A DNA stretch of 64,000 nt from Saccharolobus solfataricus P2 (GCF_000007005.1 NC_002754.1), one strand, 5' to 3'; counted from the first letter of the stretch, positions 46,084 to 57,903 are shown. Numbers and translations are program-made. Notes: a model not told the origin generated them from the letters alone.

Positions 46084-47613
46084 ATGAAATCGTGGAAATT
46101 CAAGGCACTGTTAATTGGCCAAGTAATATTGGTAATGCTTTTATTTTCAAATATTTTAGCACATTCTCAAACTACAACAAATTCATCTGCACTTCAACAA
46201 CTAAATCAATCAGTGCAATCAATTCTTAACAGAACGTCTAGCTATCCAGCTGCAGCAGTACCATCTTGGCTTGATACTGGAAGTAATGCGTGGATGTTAA
46301 CTGCAGCGACTTTTGTAGGATTGCAAAGCGTTCCTGGTGTTGCGTTATATTATGCTGGATTGTCTAAAAAGAAATATGCAGTGAACTCTGCATTAATGAT
46401 ATTTTATGCATTTGCGGCAGTGTTAGTTATATGGATAATAGCCGGATACAGTTTTGGTTTCGGTTATCCCGCACTGGTTTCCATTCACGGTTATGGAATA
46501 TTCGGATATCCTATTCCCGCATGGGGAGGGCTTTTTGAAGCTTCACAAACCACCTATGGTCCTAGTGGTGCTCACGCTAATATACCAACCGCTACCTTTA
46601 TATTCTTCCAATTCGTCTTTGCTGCAATAACGCCAATATTATTAGCCGGAGGAGTATTAGAAAGAATGAACTTTAAAGCTTGGATGGTTTTTGTACCTTT
46701 CTGGTCTCTCCTAGTGTATAGTCCAGTTGCATACTGGTTATTTGCAGGAGGATGGTTAAATCAATTAGGTGCTGTAGACTTCTCTGGAGGTTATGTAATA
46801 CATGTAGATGCAGGAGTAGGAGCTCTAGCTGCAGCGTTGGCTATAGGTCCTAGATTAGCTTCTGAAAGAAAATTAGAGGCGCATAGCTTACCTTTAGTTT
46901 TAGTTGGAGCTGGCTTAATTTGGTTGGGGTGGGATGGGTTCAATGGCGGTGATCCATTAGGAGCTACAGTGGATGCTGCAATCGCAGTGCTGAATACGAA
47001 TATTGCTACCGCAGTTAGTGCTGTAGTATGGATGTTGATGGATATGAAATTCTTTGGAAAACCAACATTAATTGGAGCTACTAGTGGCGCTATAACTGGC
47101 CTAGTTGCAATTACTCCAGCTGCAGGTTATGTAAACGGATGGGAAGCCGCATTAATTGGAATATTTTCTGGAAGTATACCATGGATGGCATTATATTGGT
47201 TAGAGCCAAAGCTTAGAGTTGATGATACTTTAGGTGTGTTCTCTACTCACGGTATAGCTGGAATAGTAGGTGGTTTATTAACTGGAGTTTTTGCAAATCC
47301 CGCAGTCACACAGTTTGTGGCTCCGGGATTAACAGGAGCTCTCTATGGGAATTGGTATCAACTAGGAATTCAAGCACTTGCAGCAGTAATAGTATTCGTA
47401 TATGACTTCGCAATAACTTTTGGCCTTCTAAAGTTTATAGGATTATTTATACCATTACAAGCGCCACCTCAAGAACTAGCAATAGGAGATTACGCTATGC
47501 ACGGAGAGGTAGCATATTCAGAATTATTAGCTACAATTCCAGAAAGCGCTAAATCTAAGGAACAGTCAGTCGTTTTACCTAAGAAAGAAAAGGAGGAGAA
47601 TAGTGAAGAATAA
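46084..47613 (+). CDS. amt: Ammonium transporter (Amt family)
   Basis: [45 protein letters not shown]. Confidence 0.95.
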   Translation: MKSWKFKALLIGQVILVMLLFSNILAHSQTTTNSSALQQLNQSVQSILNRTSSYPAAAVPSWLDTGSNAWMLTAATFVGLQSVPGVALYYAGLSKKKYAVNSALMIFYAFAAVLVIWIIAGYSFGFGYPALVSIHGYGIFGYPIPAWGGLFEASQTTYGPSGAHANIPTATFIFFQFVFAAITPILLAGGVLERMNFKAWMVFVPFWSLLVYSPVAYWLFAGGWLNQLGAVDFSGGYVIHVDAGVGALAAALAIGPRLASERKLEAHSLPLVLVGAGLIWLGWDGFNGGDPLGATVDAAIAVLNTNIATAVSAVVWMLMDMKFFGKPTLIGATSGAITGLVAITPAAGYVNGWEAALIGIFSGSIPWMALYWLEPKLRVDDTLGVFSTHGIAGIVGGLLTGVFANPAVTQFVAPGLTGALYGNWYQLGIQALAAVIVFVYDFAITFGLLKFIGLFIPLQAPPQELAIGDYAMHGEVAYSELLATIPESAKSKEQSVVLPKKEKEENSEE

Positions 47614-47707
47614 ATAGAAATATATTTTTTGTTAAGTAATTTATTCTCTGCTTTTCCACGTATTGTATGAACGCTTAATAACTTGTATATTTAATTTTTT
47701 AATTAGT

Positions 47708-47784
<77 letters not shown>

Positions 47785-47838
47785 TTATGATGACCGATGG
47801 GCGGCTTGAATTATGATGATCCATTGTAGCACTGATAA
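47785..47838 (+). ncRNA. Box C/D sRNA immediately 3' of tRNA-Ala
   Basis: ATGATGA (47787-93), 12-nt guide, TTGA (47806-09), ATGATGA (47813-19), 12-nt guide, CTGA (47832-35). The D guide pairs 10 bp with 16S GTTACAATGG (4868-4877). Confidence 0.85.
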
Positions 47839-47976
47839 AAACACTGGAATAAATATGAATAAAGAGGAAGATATCACAAACTAAGGACTACGTCAGTCTA
47901 GTTATCATCGATATTATAGTTTAGTACCGATATAGAAACATTGAATGCTCAATCTTGAGTAATTTGATGGAAGTGT

Positions 47977-48168
47977 TTACCCGTGGCGTAACTTCTGCTT
48001 ACTTTTAACCACTTCTAATTCCGCCACGGGCACCCCTCTTGAGGGCTCATACACACTCACCCTCAACTCATTGGGGCTAGTCGAGGGAAACACCACTACC
48101 CTCCCATCCGTATTTGTCGCCCCCAATACCTCGTGAGCATAGCCCGTCATCAGTATGGAGTTCATCAA
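47977..48168 (-). CDS. Short GC-richer orphan ORF or gene fragment
   Basis: 63 aa with an upstream TATA-like tract; no family recognised. Confidence 0.3.
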   Translation of the reverse strand: MMNSILMTGYAHEVLGATNTDGRVVVFPSTSPNELRVSVYEPSRGVPVAELEVVKSKQKLRHG

Positions 48169-48504
48169 TTTATAATGTAGAGGAAATAATATATAAACAT
48201 AATCATAATAAAGATCATATTGTGAAATGATTAAAAGTATTTAAAAGTTATGCAAATGTGTTACAGTCTTTAGAAACCTTGCAGCCTCATATTCTATAGT
48301 CACGTTTTAGAAGGAAGTTGGGATTGTGAAGAAAGGAGTGATTCCTCATAGCGATTTTAGGCTAGAAAGAGAATAAGGGAAACAAAAAAGAAATTTGAGT
48401 TAGCAGTTTCGAACGGGCTGTAAAGTTTTTATAGAAGTTCATTAGAGAAGAAAACTTAGATGAATCACCCAATGTTCATATATCACGAATAGGTAATGCC
48501 AGAA

Positions 48505-48653
48505 ATAAGATGTATAAGGTTTTCCAAATAGTGAATGGGTGTAGTTATCCGGTAAGGGGTATAGGAGGGTGAACAAGTTTGTCCGTGACTTTGGTGTAGC
48601 TGAAGGGCAAAGGACTAATATTATATCATGAAATCTTATGAACCTAAAACTCC
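48505..48653 (+). pseudogene. Fossil IS607 tnpB 3' end/right end
   Basis: GTCCGTGACTTTGGTGTAGCTGAAGGG...TATCATGAAATCTTATGAACCTAAAACTCC aligns by eye with the reverse complement of 61414-61570. Confidence 0.7.
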
Positions 48654-48859
48654 ATGGGAAAAGTTAGTTATGGTTTTATTATATTTATCTCTTTGCATTT
48701 TGCGATACATTCTGAGATATCTACAAATTTCCATTGACTATTTAATGAGAAGCACTCACGTATGCAAGGATCTTCTACTTTTGGCATATAATCACCATTG
48801 TTAATTTGATAAATGAGATAGAAAAAAATTTTTCTGTTAGGATGTAAAGGAAAATTGAT

Positions 48860-49306
48860 ATGAAAGAAAAGGTAGGAAATATAGAGCTTGAAGTTGAGGC
48901 GATAGTTGAGATTAACGGAAAGGACTATAAGGTTGTAAATGTACCTAATGCTGATGAATATAAGGGATTTCCTCCCTCATGGGAGTTCGTGAAATCACAT
49001 ATGCTAACATGGAGACCTTATTTTAAGGCCAAGATGATTGAAATTAATAATCAACTTATTCCCGCAGTAGAAGATTTTTTACTTAATCTAGACGAGGATA
49101 TGTATGATCTACTATTGGATATTTATTATACATTTAAAGTGAATAAACCCTCCATAGAGACTAACATTAGCACAGTGCTTACTAGGCAAATAGACAAGCT
49201 TGAGGAAAAATTTGGAAGGAGATTTAATGAAGAAGAGAAAACGAAATTATACATTAAGTATGGAATAGAGGTAGCAATATTAAGAGATATTGGTGTGATA
49301 AATTGA
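48860..49306 (+). CDS. Hypothetical protein
   Basis: 148 aa ORF with typical codon style; overlaps the next gene. Confidence 0.7.
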   Translation: MKEKVGNIELEVEAIVEINGKDYKVVNVPNADEYKGFPPSWEFVKSHMLTWRPYFKAKMIEINNQLIPAVEDFLLNLDEDMYDLLLDIYYTFKVNKPSIETNISTVLTRQIDKLEEKFGRRFNEEEKTKLYIKYGIEVAILRDIGVIN

Positions 49307-49719
49307 CAGTGATAACGTTTACTGCAGAAGGTAGATTAGATGGAGATAAAGTCATTGTGGATCTGAACGGGACTGAGATAAAGGTAGGCTTATTAGGCTC
49401 TGATAACCCTACCCCAGAGGAATTCTGCCTAGCTTCTGCAATATCTTGTCTTATCTTGACTGTTTACTATATTGCGAGAGAAAAAGGTGTTACTATCAAT
49501 TCTATTGAAGGTTACATTGAAGGAAAAATGGATACTAAAGGGTTTCAAGGAGTAGAAGAGGTTCCTCCAGGTTTATTGGAGGTTAGTTATGAGTTAATAG
49601 TTTATTCGAAAGATAGTAGAATTAGCGATATATTAAAAGAAGCTGAAGAACGATGTCCAATGAGGGATACGTTAACTAGAAGTGTTAAAGTAAATATTAA
49701 CTGGAAAATTAAAAGTTGA
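49303..49719 (+). CDS. OsmC/Ohr-family protein
   Basis: PTPEEFCLASAISCL and EERCPMRDTL (two-Cys OsmC pattern). Confidence 0.85.
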   Translation: MTVITFTAEGRLDGDKVIVDLNGTEIKVGLLGSDNPTPEEFCLASAISCLILTVYYIAREKGVTINSIEGYIEGKMDTKGFQGVEEVPPGLLEVSYELIVYSKDSRISDILKEAEERCPMRDTLTRSVKVNINWKIKS

Positions 49720-49746
49720 CTTTTTTAGTTATTAATTTATTTTTAT

Positions 49747-50091
49747 GTGGGGATACTAATGACAGTCGAAGAGAGCATATTGGGAACTGGAGAGAGGGAG
49801 AGAAGAGAAATCGTAGGCTATATTCAGATGCTTCTAGATTCTATTAACGATTTAATGGTAAAATATAAGCAAGAATTAAAGAATATGGGTGTGATTAATA
49901 GACTAGGAATTCTAACCGAGATAATAACCATGCATAAGTATAATCCAGAAGTATACATGGGAAATTACTGGGAGGAATTATTAAGTTTAATCAATATTAT
50001 TAAACAAGACCAGAAACTTGCCAATGAGGTAAAGGACATAGAGGAATTGATTGAGAAAATAAATAGTCTGAAGGAACTGGTTAAATTTTAA
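49747..50091 (+). CDS. Hypothetical helical protein
   Basis: 114 aa ORF, no family recognised. Confidence 0.6.
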   Translation: MGILMTVEESILGTGERERREIVGYIQMLLDSINDLMVKYKQELKNMGVINRLGILTEIITMHKYNPEVYMGNYWEELLSLINIIKQDQKLANEVKDIEELIEKINSLKELVKF

Positions 50092-50722
50092 TTAGAAATT
50101 CAGGTAAGACCTCCTTTGCCTTTTTTAAGTGTTTTTCTATTTCGCCTTTAGCTAGTTGTTTAAAGGGTCCCTTATACCACTCTTTCATTTTTATCCTACT
50201 TCCAGTACCTTCTGACATTATATAAAAGTCAAATCCGAATGAAACAACAAATAATGGGATTTTTTGTGACGCATAATATCTAGCTATGTACCTATTATCA
50301 TCGAGTTTTACACTATATACAGTTAAAGGAGTATCCCAACTTATGACCCACTTAATTCTTAATAGGTATATTCTTTCTCTAATGCTAGAAACTGCTTTAA
50401 TTTGCGGTATAAATAATGTCAAAATTGCTGGATTCAGAATTTTTTCATTAACACTCTTGGGCGGTAAAGGTACAAGAAAATCGGTAGCATCACTTACAGA
50501 CCCTTTTACTTCAGTACTTTTCTTTATTTTTACAGAATATACTCCATCTTTTTCGTATTCTTCACACTCGTACTCCAATTCATGACATAGATCTTCTATC
50601 ATATTTTTCCCATCTTTATCCACTTTGAATACAATCTCAGTATCATCAGATTGTAGATTCTGCACAACAATAAACTTCCTAACATTGGCATCTTTTTCTT
50701 CTGTCAAATCAATCTCTTTCAT
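50081..50722 (-). CDS. Hypothetical protein: TusA/SirA-like N-terminal domain plus SRPBCC/CoxG-like C-terminal domain
   Basis: EIDL...IEDLCHELEYE..EYEKDGVYSVKIKK resembles the SirA fold without CPxP; C-terminal half has an SRPBCC-like pattern. Both assignments are by eye. Confidence 0.5.
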   Translation of the reverse strand: MKEIDLTEEKDANVRKFIVVQNLQSDDTEIVFKVDKDGKNMIEDLCHELEYECEEYEKDGVYSVKIKKSTEVKGSVSDATDFLVPLPPKSVNEKILNPAILTLFIPQIKAVSSIRERIYLLRIKWVISWDTPLTVYSVKLDDNRYIARYYASQKIPLFVVSFGFDFYIMSEGTGSRIKMKEWYKGPFKQLAKGEIEKHLKKAKEVLPEFLIKI

Positions 50723-50845
50723 ACATGTATTATGTTTCTTTTATAAGTAAAAAAGCTTTTCTTTTCTTTTACACTACTATATATCTATTAAATATTACTA
50801 TTTGACTTTAAGTAATGTGGAATATTAAGAAAATAAAGTAAAAAT

Positions 50846-51945
50846 TTAAATAACCTCTTGTATTTCAGGTTTACTCATAATTTCCATTATTGCGCTTATT
50901 AGATCATTTTCATTGAAACCAAATATTACTGGTTTCTTCTCGTTAAATGTATCAAGAATCGTTTTTCTTATCGCTTCCATATTAGCTGATACTCCCTTTA
51001 GTTTATCTTCCAAATATTCTATGAACCCATTTGGTGACATAATGAAGAAGTCACCAGAAATTGATATTTCATCAATTTTCTTATTTGCTATTTTAAGGGT
51101 AATTCTTAGCAACTTCCTAGCCTTATAGTCAAGGTGGCAAAGAGTGCCGCAGACGAAATTTTAACGCATCTCTCCGTGTGAATATCACGATGCCTATTAT
51201 CTTTGTAAAATATCCATTCCTCTTTAGCTTTTTCGCTTGCCAATTTCTCCCATAATTCTATTTCTTCTGGCGTTAACGTCGAATCCTCAAATTTTATACC
51301 TAATTCCTTTTCAAAAGCCTCCTTAAGTTTCTTGTTAATCTCCTCCTTAGGCGGAATATATCCTAATTCTCTCTCTAATGATGTTAACCACTCTGACATA
51401 TCCTTAGCCATTTTATCCCTAAACTTTTCTGTTGGAACCCTTATACATTTACTAATTAGGTCAATATCTAGACTCAACAAAATGTTGCCGGCTATTACGA
51501 TTGAATTACCGTGTGTCATCGCGCCATTTCCACTTATTTTCTTTCCATTTACTACTATATCTTGATCTCTTAAATCGGCTTTTAACCCATATGAACGTAA
51601 AACGTTTACTATGGGTGTGAGGAATTTCTTATATAATTCACTTGGATTTCTTGGTGCGTCCTCTTGTCTAACAACAATAAAATAATCATGCTCACCTGGT
51701 GTTATTACTACTGTGCCTCCTCCTAAATCACGCCTAACGACTGGGATTTTCATCTTTTTAGTAAATTCTAAATCAACTTCTAGCCATACTTCTTGGTGGA
51801 TTCCCACATTTACAAAAGGCTCTTTAACTGAAAAAACCAATAATGTATTTTTTCCTCCTCTATTTACATAATCCGCTACCGATACAAATGAAGTTACCAT
51901 GTGATAGCCATCTTGAGGAGGGAGAGAGACAAATCTCCAACTCAT
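50846..51945 (-). pseudogene. lplA: Lipoate-protein ligase (LplA-type) split by an apparent 1-nt frameshift near 51140
   Basis: RRDLGGGTV, DIVVNGKKISGNG in 51106-51945; the C-terminal domain (ISGDFF) is in another frame that stays open upstream as LCHLDYKARKLLRITL. Confidence 0.75.
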
Positions 51946-51946
51946 T

Positions 51947-52393
51947 TTATAGCCTCTTGCATGTTAATTTTTCAGAGGCTATTAATTCCTTCAATTTCTG
52001 TATAGCTGCTTGGCCACTAAATAGTTGTTTTAACTCCTCTGGATTACTCATCTTCATCTTTACTAACCATCCTTTTCCATATGGATCTTGATTTATAATG
52101 ATTGGACTTTTCTCAGCCTCTGCATTAACCTCAACAACTTCTCCAGTTACTGGTGCCGGAACTGGTCCAGCCCACTTCCCACTTTCCATAGTGGCTACTG
52201 GTCTTCCCTTCTCTACCTTGGTGCCTTTTTTCTTTATCCTTACTTTAACTATCTTTCCTGCCATCGTTTGTGCAAGATCAGTTATTCCTACAACGATTGT
52301 ATCTGGGCTCTCTAATTTAGCCCAAACTGTGTTTTTACCTTCTATAAAGTAATAAAGATTTTCTGGTATTTCACAGTTCGATTCAACTACCAT
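51947..52393 (-). CDS. GcvH-like lipoyl carrier (LbpA-like)
   Basis: VVGITDLAQ, lipoyl-Lys motif ESGKW, DPYGKGWL. Confidence 0.88.
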   Translation of the reverse strand: MVVESNCEIPENLYYFIEGKNTVWAKLESPDTIVVGITDLAQTMAGKIVKVRIKKKGTKVEKGRPVATMESGKWAGPVPAPVTGEVVEVNAEAEKSPIIINQDPYGKGWLVKMKMSNPEELKQLFSGQAAIQKLKELIASEKLTCKRL

Positions 52394-52501
52394 GTTTGGT
52401 CAGTAATATAATAAGTCTAATTAACTAAAAAAGTTTGCTTTAGAAAGCAGTTATCAGAAAAATGAGAATAATGAAATCTTATTTTTCAGATAGCCAGACT
52501 T

Positions 52502-53533
52502 ATGATTATGAACACTAAGGAAAGATCGCTGCTTGGAAGCTGGATAATATGGAGTGTTGCATACTATATGTACTATCCGTTTATATCCATCTATCTTTCT
52601 CGTTTCGTGGAAGAATCTAAATTAAGCCTATTTTTCGTAGTATTTCAAGCAGTATCCTTGCCTCTTCCGCTAATAGGGGCTAGACTAAGTAAGCGTAACA
52701 GAATTCTTCCAATAATTATTGGAATGTTAGTAGGAGGGATAGGTATGATAATGCTTCCTTTTTCTAGAAACATTTTGGAAGCTACAATATTTATGTCACT
52801 CAATTACTTCATATCCTTATCGCTTCCCTCTTACTATTCTTTGATGTCAGAAGTTGGTGAAGGTACTATAACTAGAATATGGTCACTATCGATTTTACCT
52901 TCTATAATAATGCCTTCATTGGGTGGACTTCTAGCCCAATATTTTGGTCTAAGATTACTTTTTATGATAGGTGGGATAGTCCTTGCTACATCTTTCCTAC
53001 CTATGGTAAATTCTTCATATAATTCGTCGAGTCAAAGCTTATTGAACTTTAATATTACTATAAGGTCTTTCCTTCCAGCAATTTTAATATTACCTATAGC
53101 AATGGAGTTTCCCTATATCTACTTAGTAGTTTATAACTACTTTCATTTAACAAAGGAGTACGTTGGGATAATAGCTACTTCAGCTGAGATTCTTGGTATG
53201 TTGTTAACCTATCTAGCATCGAAGCTCATATTTAGAAAGAAATACCTTCTCTCACTATCTCTTTTTCTCTTCTCTTTAACGTCTTTGTACTTTTTATCAC
53301 CAACTATTGCAATCTTTTTTGGTTGTTGGGAGGTTATAGTACCGCTAACCCTAGAGTATTTTTCATCTAGGAAAACAGTATATGATTTTGCCTTAATTAC
53401 TACGATGCAAGGTTTAGGCTGGGTTTTAGGATACTTAATAGACTATTTCATCCCAAATATAAGCCTTTTATTATTAAGTAGTAGTCTTATAGCTTTTTTA
53501 TTAGCCTTGATGATAGTATTTACCAAGGATTGA
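52502..53533 (+). CDS. MFS transporter
   Basis: About 11-12 hydrophobic segments; GARLSKR motif-A-like sequence. Confidence 0.8.
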   Translation: MIMNTKERSLLGSWIIWSVAYYMYYPFISIYLSRFVEESKLSLFFVVFQAVSLPLPLIGARLSKRNRILPIIIGMLVGGIGMIMLPFSRNILEATIFMSLNYFISLSLPSYYSLMSEVGEGTITRIWSLSILPSIIMPSLGGLLAQYFGLRLLFMIGGIVLATSFLPMVNSSYNSSSQSLLNFNITIRSFLPAILILPIAMEFPYIYLVVYNYFHLTKEYVGIIATSAEILGMLLTYLASKLIFRKKYLLSLSLFLFSLTSLYFLSPTIAIFFGCWEVIVPLTLEYFSSRKTVYDFALITTMQGLGWVLGYLIDYFIPNISLLLLSSSLIAFLLALMIVFTKD

Positions 53534-53817
53534 TGTCAATGAACGTTAAAGAGCTAGCAATTCTAACTTTGTTGTCAGAAGGTGAATTAAGCGTTAAAGA
53601 AATACAAGAATACGTAAATATATCTAGAAGAAATCTAGTTAAAACCATAAGAAAATTAGAGAGGAAAGGTTATATTCAAGAAAAGGCATATGTAGGTGAT
53701 GATGTTATAGTTGAAATTACTGAGTATGGGATGGAAATACTATATAAAAATTTTGTATATTTAAGAGGTTTAATAAACGAAATGGAAGATATTTTATGTA
53801 GTAAGTTCGACTGTTAA
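53530..53817 (+). CDS. MarR-like winged-helix regulator
   Basis: LSVKEIQEYVNISRRNLVKTIRKLERKGYI...ITEYG. Confidence 0.82.
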   Translation: MMSMNVKELAILTLLSEGELSVKEIQEYVNISRRNLVKTIRKLERKGYIQEKAYVGDDVIVEITEYGMEILYKNFVYLRGLINEMEDILCSKFDC

Positions 53818-54732
53818 TTATGCGAATATATTATAGAAGTCCAATACCCGTTTAAGCTTATAGAAGACTGGATGAGGCTTGTTTCTGGGGTAATATTTTA
53901 AATCTCTTAGCAAAGAATCATCAGTAACGTAAACTTTGAGTAAGTTAACCCCGTATATTCCGTACATATAATATGGTGAGACTCTTTCCGCAATTGATAT
54001 AAAGTCTTCCACAAAATCGCTTATTTCAACTATATAACTGTTTTTATCAGAAACTTCGGAAATCATAGGAATTCCTTCATCCTTAGAGTAACTTTGCAAA
54101 TCATATTGAGTAACGTAAGATGCATGTATTTCAAAAGCCTTATTATCTCCTTCATATTCTACTAGGAGCGCAATTGGTTTCAGACCTATTAATTTTCTTA
54201 ATTCAAGTTTTAATTCTTTCTTATCAGTTATCTCTCTTTCATATATAAATACCTTACTTGGTTTCTCATATAGTTTTAGACTAGCTTTCGTTATTACTCC
54301 AAATAAACCTTGTGAACCGATTACAGCTCTCCATCTGATTTTGCCAAAAGTATTTATGAAATCTACCCACTCTGTGAAATTCCATGGCGTGCCATATGCC
54401 GTAGATATACTTGACATTTCGTTAAGTGCTAGTAGACCACCTATACTTCCATCATAAATTGATGGGAATAAAAGCCCCTTTTGTAACGCTTCTTCTCTTA
54501 TTTTCTTGACATCAGCCCCACTGTCAGCTATTACCTTGTTTTCACTTATTTCGAAATTGTTAAGTTTTTCAGTTGTAATTATCATTATATCTGGTTTGAT
54601 TTCCCTCTTTGTATGTGAGCCAAATCCTCTTATCCCTACTTTCTTATTGTCTTTTTTAGATTCACTAATTATCTGAAAGACCTCATTCTCATCAGCTGGG
54701 TTTACTTCTAACACAAATATTATCTTAATCAA
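53818..54732 (-). CDS. FAD-binding oxidoreductase (GlcE/D-lactate dehydrogenase-like)
   Basis: [32 protein letters not shown]. Confidence 0.8.
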   Translation of the reverse strand: MIKIIFVLEVNPADENEVFQIISESKKDNKKVGIRGFGSHTKREIKPDIMIITTEKLNNFEISENKVIADSGADVKKIREEALQKGLLFPSIYDGSIGGLLALNEMSSISTAYGTPWNFTEWVDFINTFGKIRWRAVIGSQGLFGVITKASLKLYEKPSKVFIYEREITDKKELKLELRKLIGLKPIALLVEYEGDNKAFEIHASYVTQYDLQSYSKDEGIPMISEVSDKNSYIVEISDFVEDFISIAERVSPYYMYGIYGVNLLKVYVTDDSLLRDLKYYPRNKPHPVFYKLKRVLDFYNIFA

Positions 54733-54766
54733 AAAGATATTTAACCATAAAACCCACCTACCTAGT

Positions 54767-55243
54767 GTGCCAAAAGTAGCTGTAATTATGGGAAGTAAAA
54801 ATGACTGGGAATATATGAGAGAAGCTGTAGAGATTTTGAAACAATTCGGGATAGACTATGAGGCTAGAGTGGTTTCAGCTCATAGAACACCAGAATTTAT
54901 GATGCAATACGCTAAAGAAGCAGAAAAAAGAGGAATAGAAGTAATTATTGCTGGGGCTGGTGGAGCAGCTCATTTGCCAGGCATGGTTGCTTCACTTACA
55001 AGTCTTCCAGTTATTGGTGTTCCTATTCCCTCAAAGAATCTAAATGGTCTTGACTCGCTTCTTTCAATAGTGCAAATGCCCTATGGAGTCCCAGTAGCTA
55101 CTGTGGCAATAGGTGGTGCCAAAAACGCTGCGCTACTGGCAATTAGGATTTTAGGAATAAAATATAAGGAATTAGCAGATAAAATTAAAAAATTCTCAGA
55201 GGATATGAGGAACGATGTTCTCAGTACTAGACTGGAAGCCTAA
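54767..55243 (+). CDS. purE: N5-CAIR mutase
   Basis: [34 protein letters not shown]. Confidence 0.97.
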   Translation: MPKVAVIMGSKNDWEYMREAVEILKQFGIDYEARVVSAHRTPEFMMQYAKEAEKRGIEVIIAGAGGAAHLPGMVASLTSLPVIGVPIPSKNLNGLDSLLSIVQMPYGVPVATVAIGGAKNAALLAIRILGIKYKELADKIKKFSEDMRNDVLSTRLEA

Positions 55244-56312
55244 AATTGGAATATTAGGAGGAGGACAGCTCGGCTGGATGATAGTATTAGAGGGTAGAAA
55301 ATACCCATTTACTTTTTACGTATTAGAGAACGATAAGAATGCTCCAGCTTGCAGAATTGCAGATAGGTGTTTCTCTCCTCAAGATTATAAGGAATTCGTT
55401 GATTCCTCAGACGTTATAACATTTGAGTTCGAACACGTGTATGAAAAGGCATTAGAGTATGCTGAGTATAGTGGCAAGCTATTACCTAGACTTAACTCTG
55501 TAGAGTTGAAGAGAGAGCGTTATAAGGAGAAGCTGTTCTATAGACAACATAATTTACCAACTCCTAGATTCTATGTAGCAGAGGATGGTGAGGAAGCATT
55601 AAAGATATTAAGAGAGGAATTCAATAATGTCGGAGTTATTAAGGAATCTAAAGGAGGATATGATGGTAAGGGGCAATATTTCATCTTTAATGACGTTGAG
55701 AAATATCAATTTCTAAGGGAAAAGAAAGAGAAGATGGTCGTTGAGGAGTATGTAAAATTTGATTTTGAGGCCTCCATTATTATAGCAAGGGATAAGAGAG
55801 GTGTTTTTATTAGTTACCCTCCAACTTATAATTATAATGAAAAAGGTATTTTAGTTTATAATTATGGGCCGTATAATAATCAGAATATAGTAGAGATTGC
55901 AAGAAGGTTAAGTGAGGAGTTGGATTACGTAGGAATTATGGGCGTTGAGGTATTCGTAGTTAACGGTAAAGTTTTAATTAATGAGTTTGCCCCAAGAGTT
56001 CACAATACTGGGCACTATACTCTTGACGGCGCTCTAATCTCTCAATTTGAACAACACCTAAGGGCAATAATCGGTATGGAGTTAGGTCCATCTACCATCT
56101 TATCTCCTAGCGGGATGGTTAATATTCTTGGTACAGATAAAATACCAGTTGAGGTATTAAAATACGGTAAAGTTTACTGGTACTCTAAGAGTGAAGTTAG
56201 GAAGAGGAGAAAAATGGGTCATGTAAATGTAGTAGGGAACAATCTTGAAGAAGTTAAGCAAAAAATTGATAAAATTATGCAACTAATCTATACTAATGGG
56301 TTAGATTTATGA
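55215..56312 (+). CDS. purK: N5-CAIR synthetase
   Basis: [40 protein letters not shown]. Confidence 0.96.
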   Translation: MFSVLDWKPKIGILGGGQLGWMIVLEGRKYPFTFYVLENDKNAPACRIADRCFSPQDYKEFVDSSDVITFEFEHVYEKALEYAEYSGKLLPRLNSVELKRERYKEKLFYRQHNLPTPRFYVAEDGEEALKILREEFNNVGVIKESKGGYDGKGQYFIFNDVEKYQFLREKKEKMVVEEYVKFDFEASIIIARDKRGVFISYPPTYNYNEKGILVYNYGPYNNQNIVEIARRLSEELDYVGIMGVEVFVVNGKVLINEFAPRVHNTGHYTLDGALISQFEQHLRAIIGMELGPSTILSPSGMVNILGTDKIPVEVLKYGKVYWYSKSEVRKRRKMGHVNVVGNNLEEVKQKIDKIMQLIYTNGLDL

Positions 56313-56665
56313 GGTTCAGATTTAAAATTTGGATTGAAGCAGAGGACGGAAAGCCACTTATAGGTAAAGGAGGGGTAAAATTACTAAGAGCGATTGAGGA
56401 AACCGGCTCTCTTTCCAGTGCTTCCAAATCACTTGGTGTATCATATAAGTTTGCCTGGGAATATGTCAAAAGAATTAATGAAATATTAAGCGATTCTGTA
56501 GAAATGAGAAAAGGAGGAAAGAACGCAGGAGGTTCTAAGGTTAATGAAAAATTAGATAAGCTGTTAAATATTTATGAGGAGGCACAAAAGGAGATTTCAG
56601 AAATCCTTGAAAAATATAATAAAAAGATAAATGAAGTATTAAATCAAGAAGGGGAAAAAGCTTAG
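56309..56665 (+). CDS. ModE N-terminal-like winged-helix regulator (no molybdate-binding TOBE domain)
   Basis: KIWIE..G...[34 protein letters not shown]...[10 protein letters not shown]. Confidence 0.85.
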   Translation: MRFRFKIWIEAEDGKPLIGKGGVKLLRAIEETGSLSSASKSLGVSYKFAWEYVKRINEILSDSVEMRKGGKNAGGSKVNEKLDKLLNIYEEAQKEISEILEKYNKKINEVLNQEGEKA

Positions 56666-56673
56666 TAGTAATA

Positions 56674-57195
56674 TTACTTTATACTCTTAAGTGCCTTAAT
56701 TAAAGTGGACGCAAAAGCAGGTAGATCACTAGGGACTCTAGATGATATTAGATTTTCATCTACTACTACATCGTTATCAACGTAAATTCCTCCCGCTGCT
56801 ATTACATCATCTTTTATTGAGTTAACTGACGTTAGTTTTCTTCCTTTTACTAGATTAGCTGAGATTAAAATTTGAGGACCGTGGCATATTGCAGCTACTG
56901 GCTTCTTTAATTCAAAGAACTTTCTCGTAATATTCTTTACTTCTTCTAATGTTCTTATATGCTCTGGGCCTCTTCCGCCTGGAATAACTAATGCTATATA
57001 ATCTTCCGGCCTTACGTCCTTAAATGCTATGTCAGAAATTACAGTATATCCATGCTTTCCGATAACCTTACTATTAGCCTCTTTCCACGCTATTACAGGT
57101 TTGAAACCCTCTTCCATAACTCTATAGAAGGGATATAATAACTCTATATCTTCAAACTCTTCTCCAACTAAGAATAATACCTTTTTAGAGTCCAT
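56674..57195 (-). CDS. pfpI: PfpI/DJ-1-family protease/deglycase
   Basis: EFEDIELLYP, IPGGRGPE, AICHGPQ, SSRVPSDL. Confidence 0.92.
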   Translation of the reverse strand: MDSKKVLFLVGEEFEDIELLYPFYRVMEEGFKPVIAWKEANSKVIGKHGYTVISDIAFKDVRPEDYIALVIPGGRGPEHIRTLEEVKNITRKFFELKKPVAAICHGPQILISANLVKGRKLTSVNSIKDDVIAAGGIYVDNDVVVDENLISSRVPSDLPAFASTLIKALKSIK

Positions 57196-57903
57196 AATAG
57201 CATATAACTTATATTTTAATAAAAAAGCTTTCTAAAACTAAACTTTATTATACTCTAAAAACTCATTCTTGTTTTATCGTTCCTTAATCATATTTTTCCA
57301 TTTCTTCAGTTCTAGATTCGGTATAAATAGCTGCGTAATAACACGTATTTCGATTTCGCTTGCAATAATTATATCCCATAAGTATGGTAAAGGCGCTAAA
57401 GAACATAATAGTCTAGCACTACCAAAGAAACTAATGATACAAATTATGAGTAGCGGTTTAGGAAAAATTCCCTTACTTACCTTATATCTTATAATAGGTA
57501 GGGTAAATTTTCTATGGCAGATATTGCGTATAATGTTAAAAGTGATTCTCAGAAAACTTATTTTTTAAGGAAAGAGAAGATTGTATAATGTAAATTAAAC
57601 GTAAATTTCAAGGAAGTCGTATATGAGTGTCAAACCTACTAGCCAATGAATAACTTCTCCACACCCTATAGGATAAGATTTATTATATCTCCTCTGACTG
57701 TTATGGATAAGAGTATTTAATCTGGTTTTTGAAGAGTTAAATTTCTATTCATTTAGAATCTTCATTGGGCTTATTTTTATAACTCAAAGAAGGGTAAATT
57801 CCTACATTATATTTTACTTTGAGCTCTTTTTAAGTTTAAAACTAAATAGTCTGTTGTACTTGGTACATGAAAATTTATAAAGTATATAAGTGTATATACT
57901 TCT

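Noticed and set aside
57269-57568. 99-aa ORF, also open on the opposite strand
   Set aside because: AT-rich, no motif, no way to choose a strand; left unannotated.
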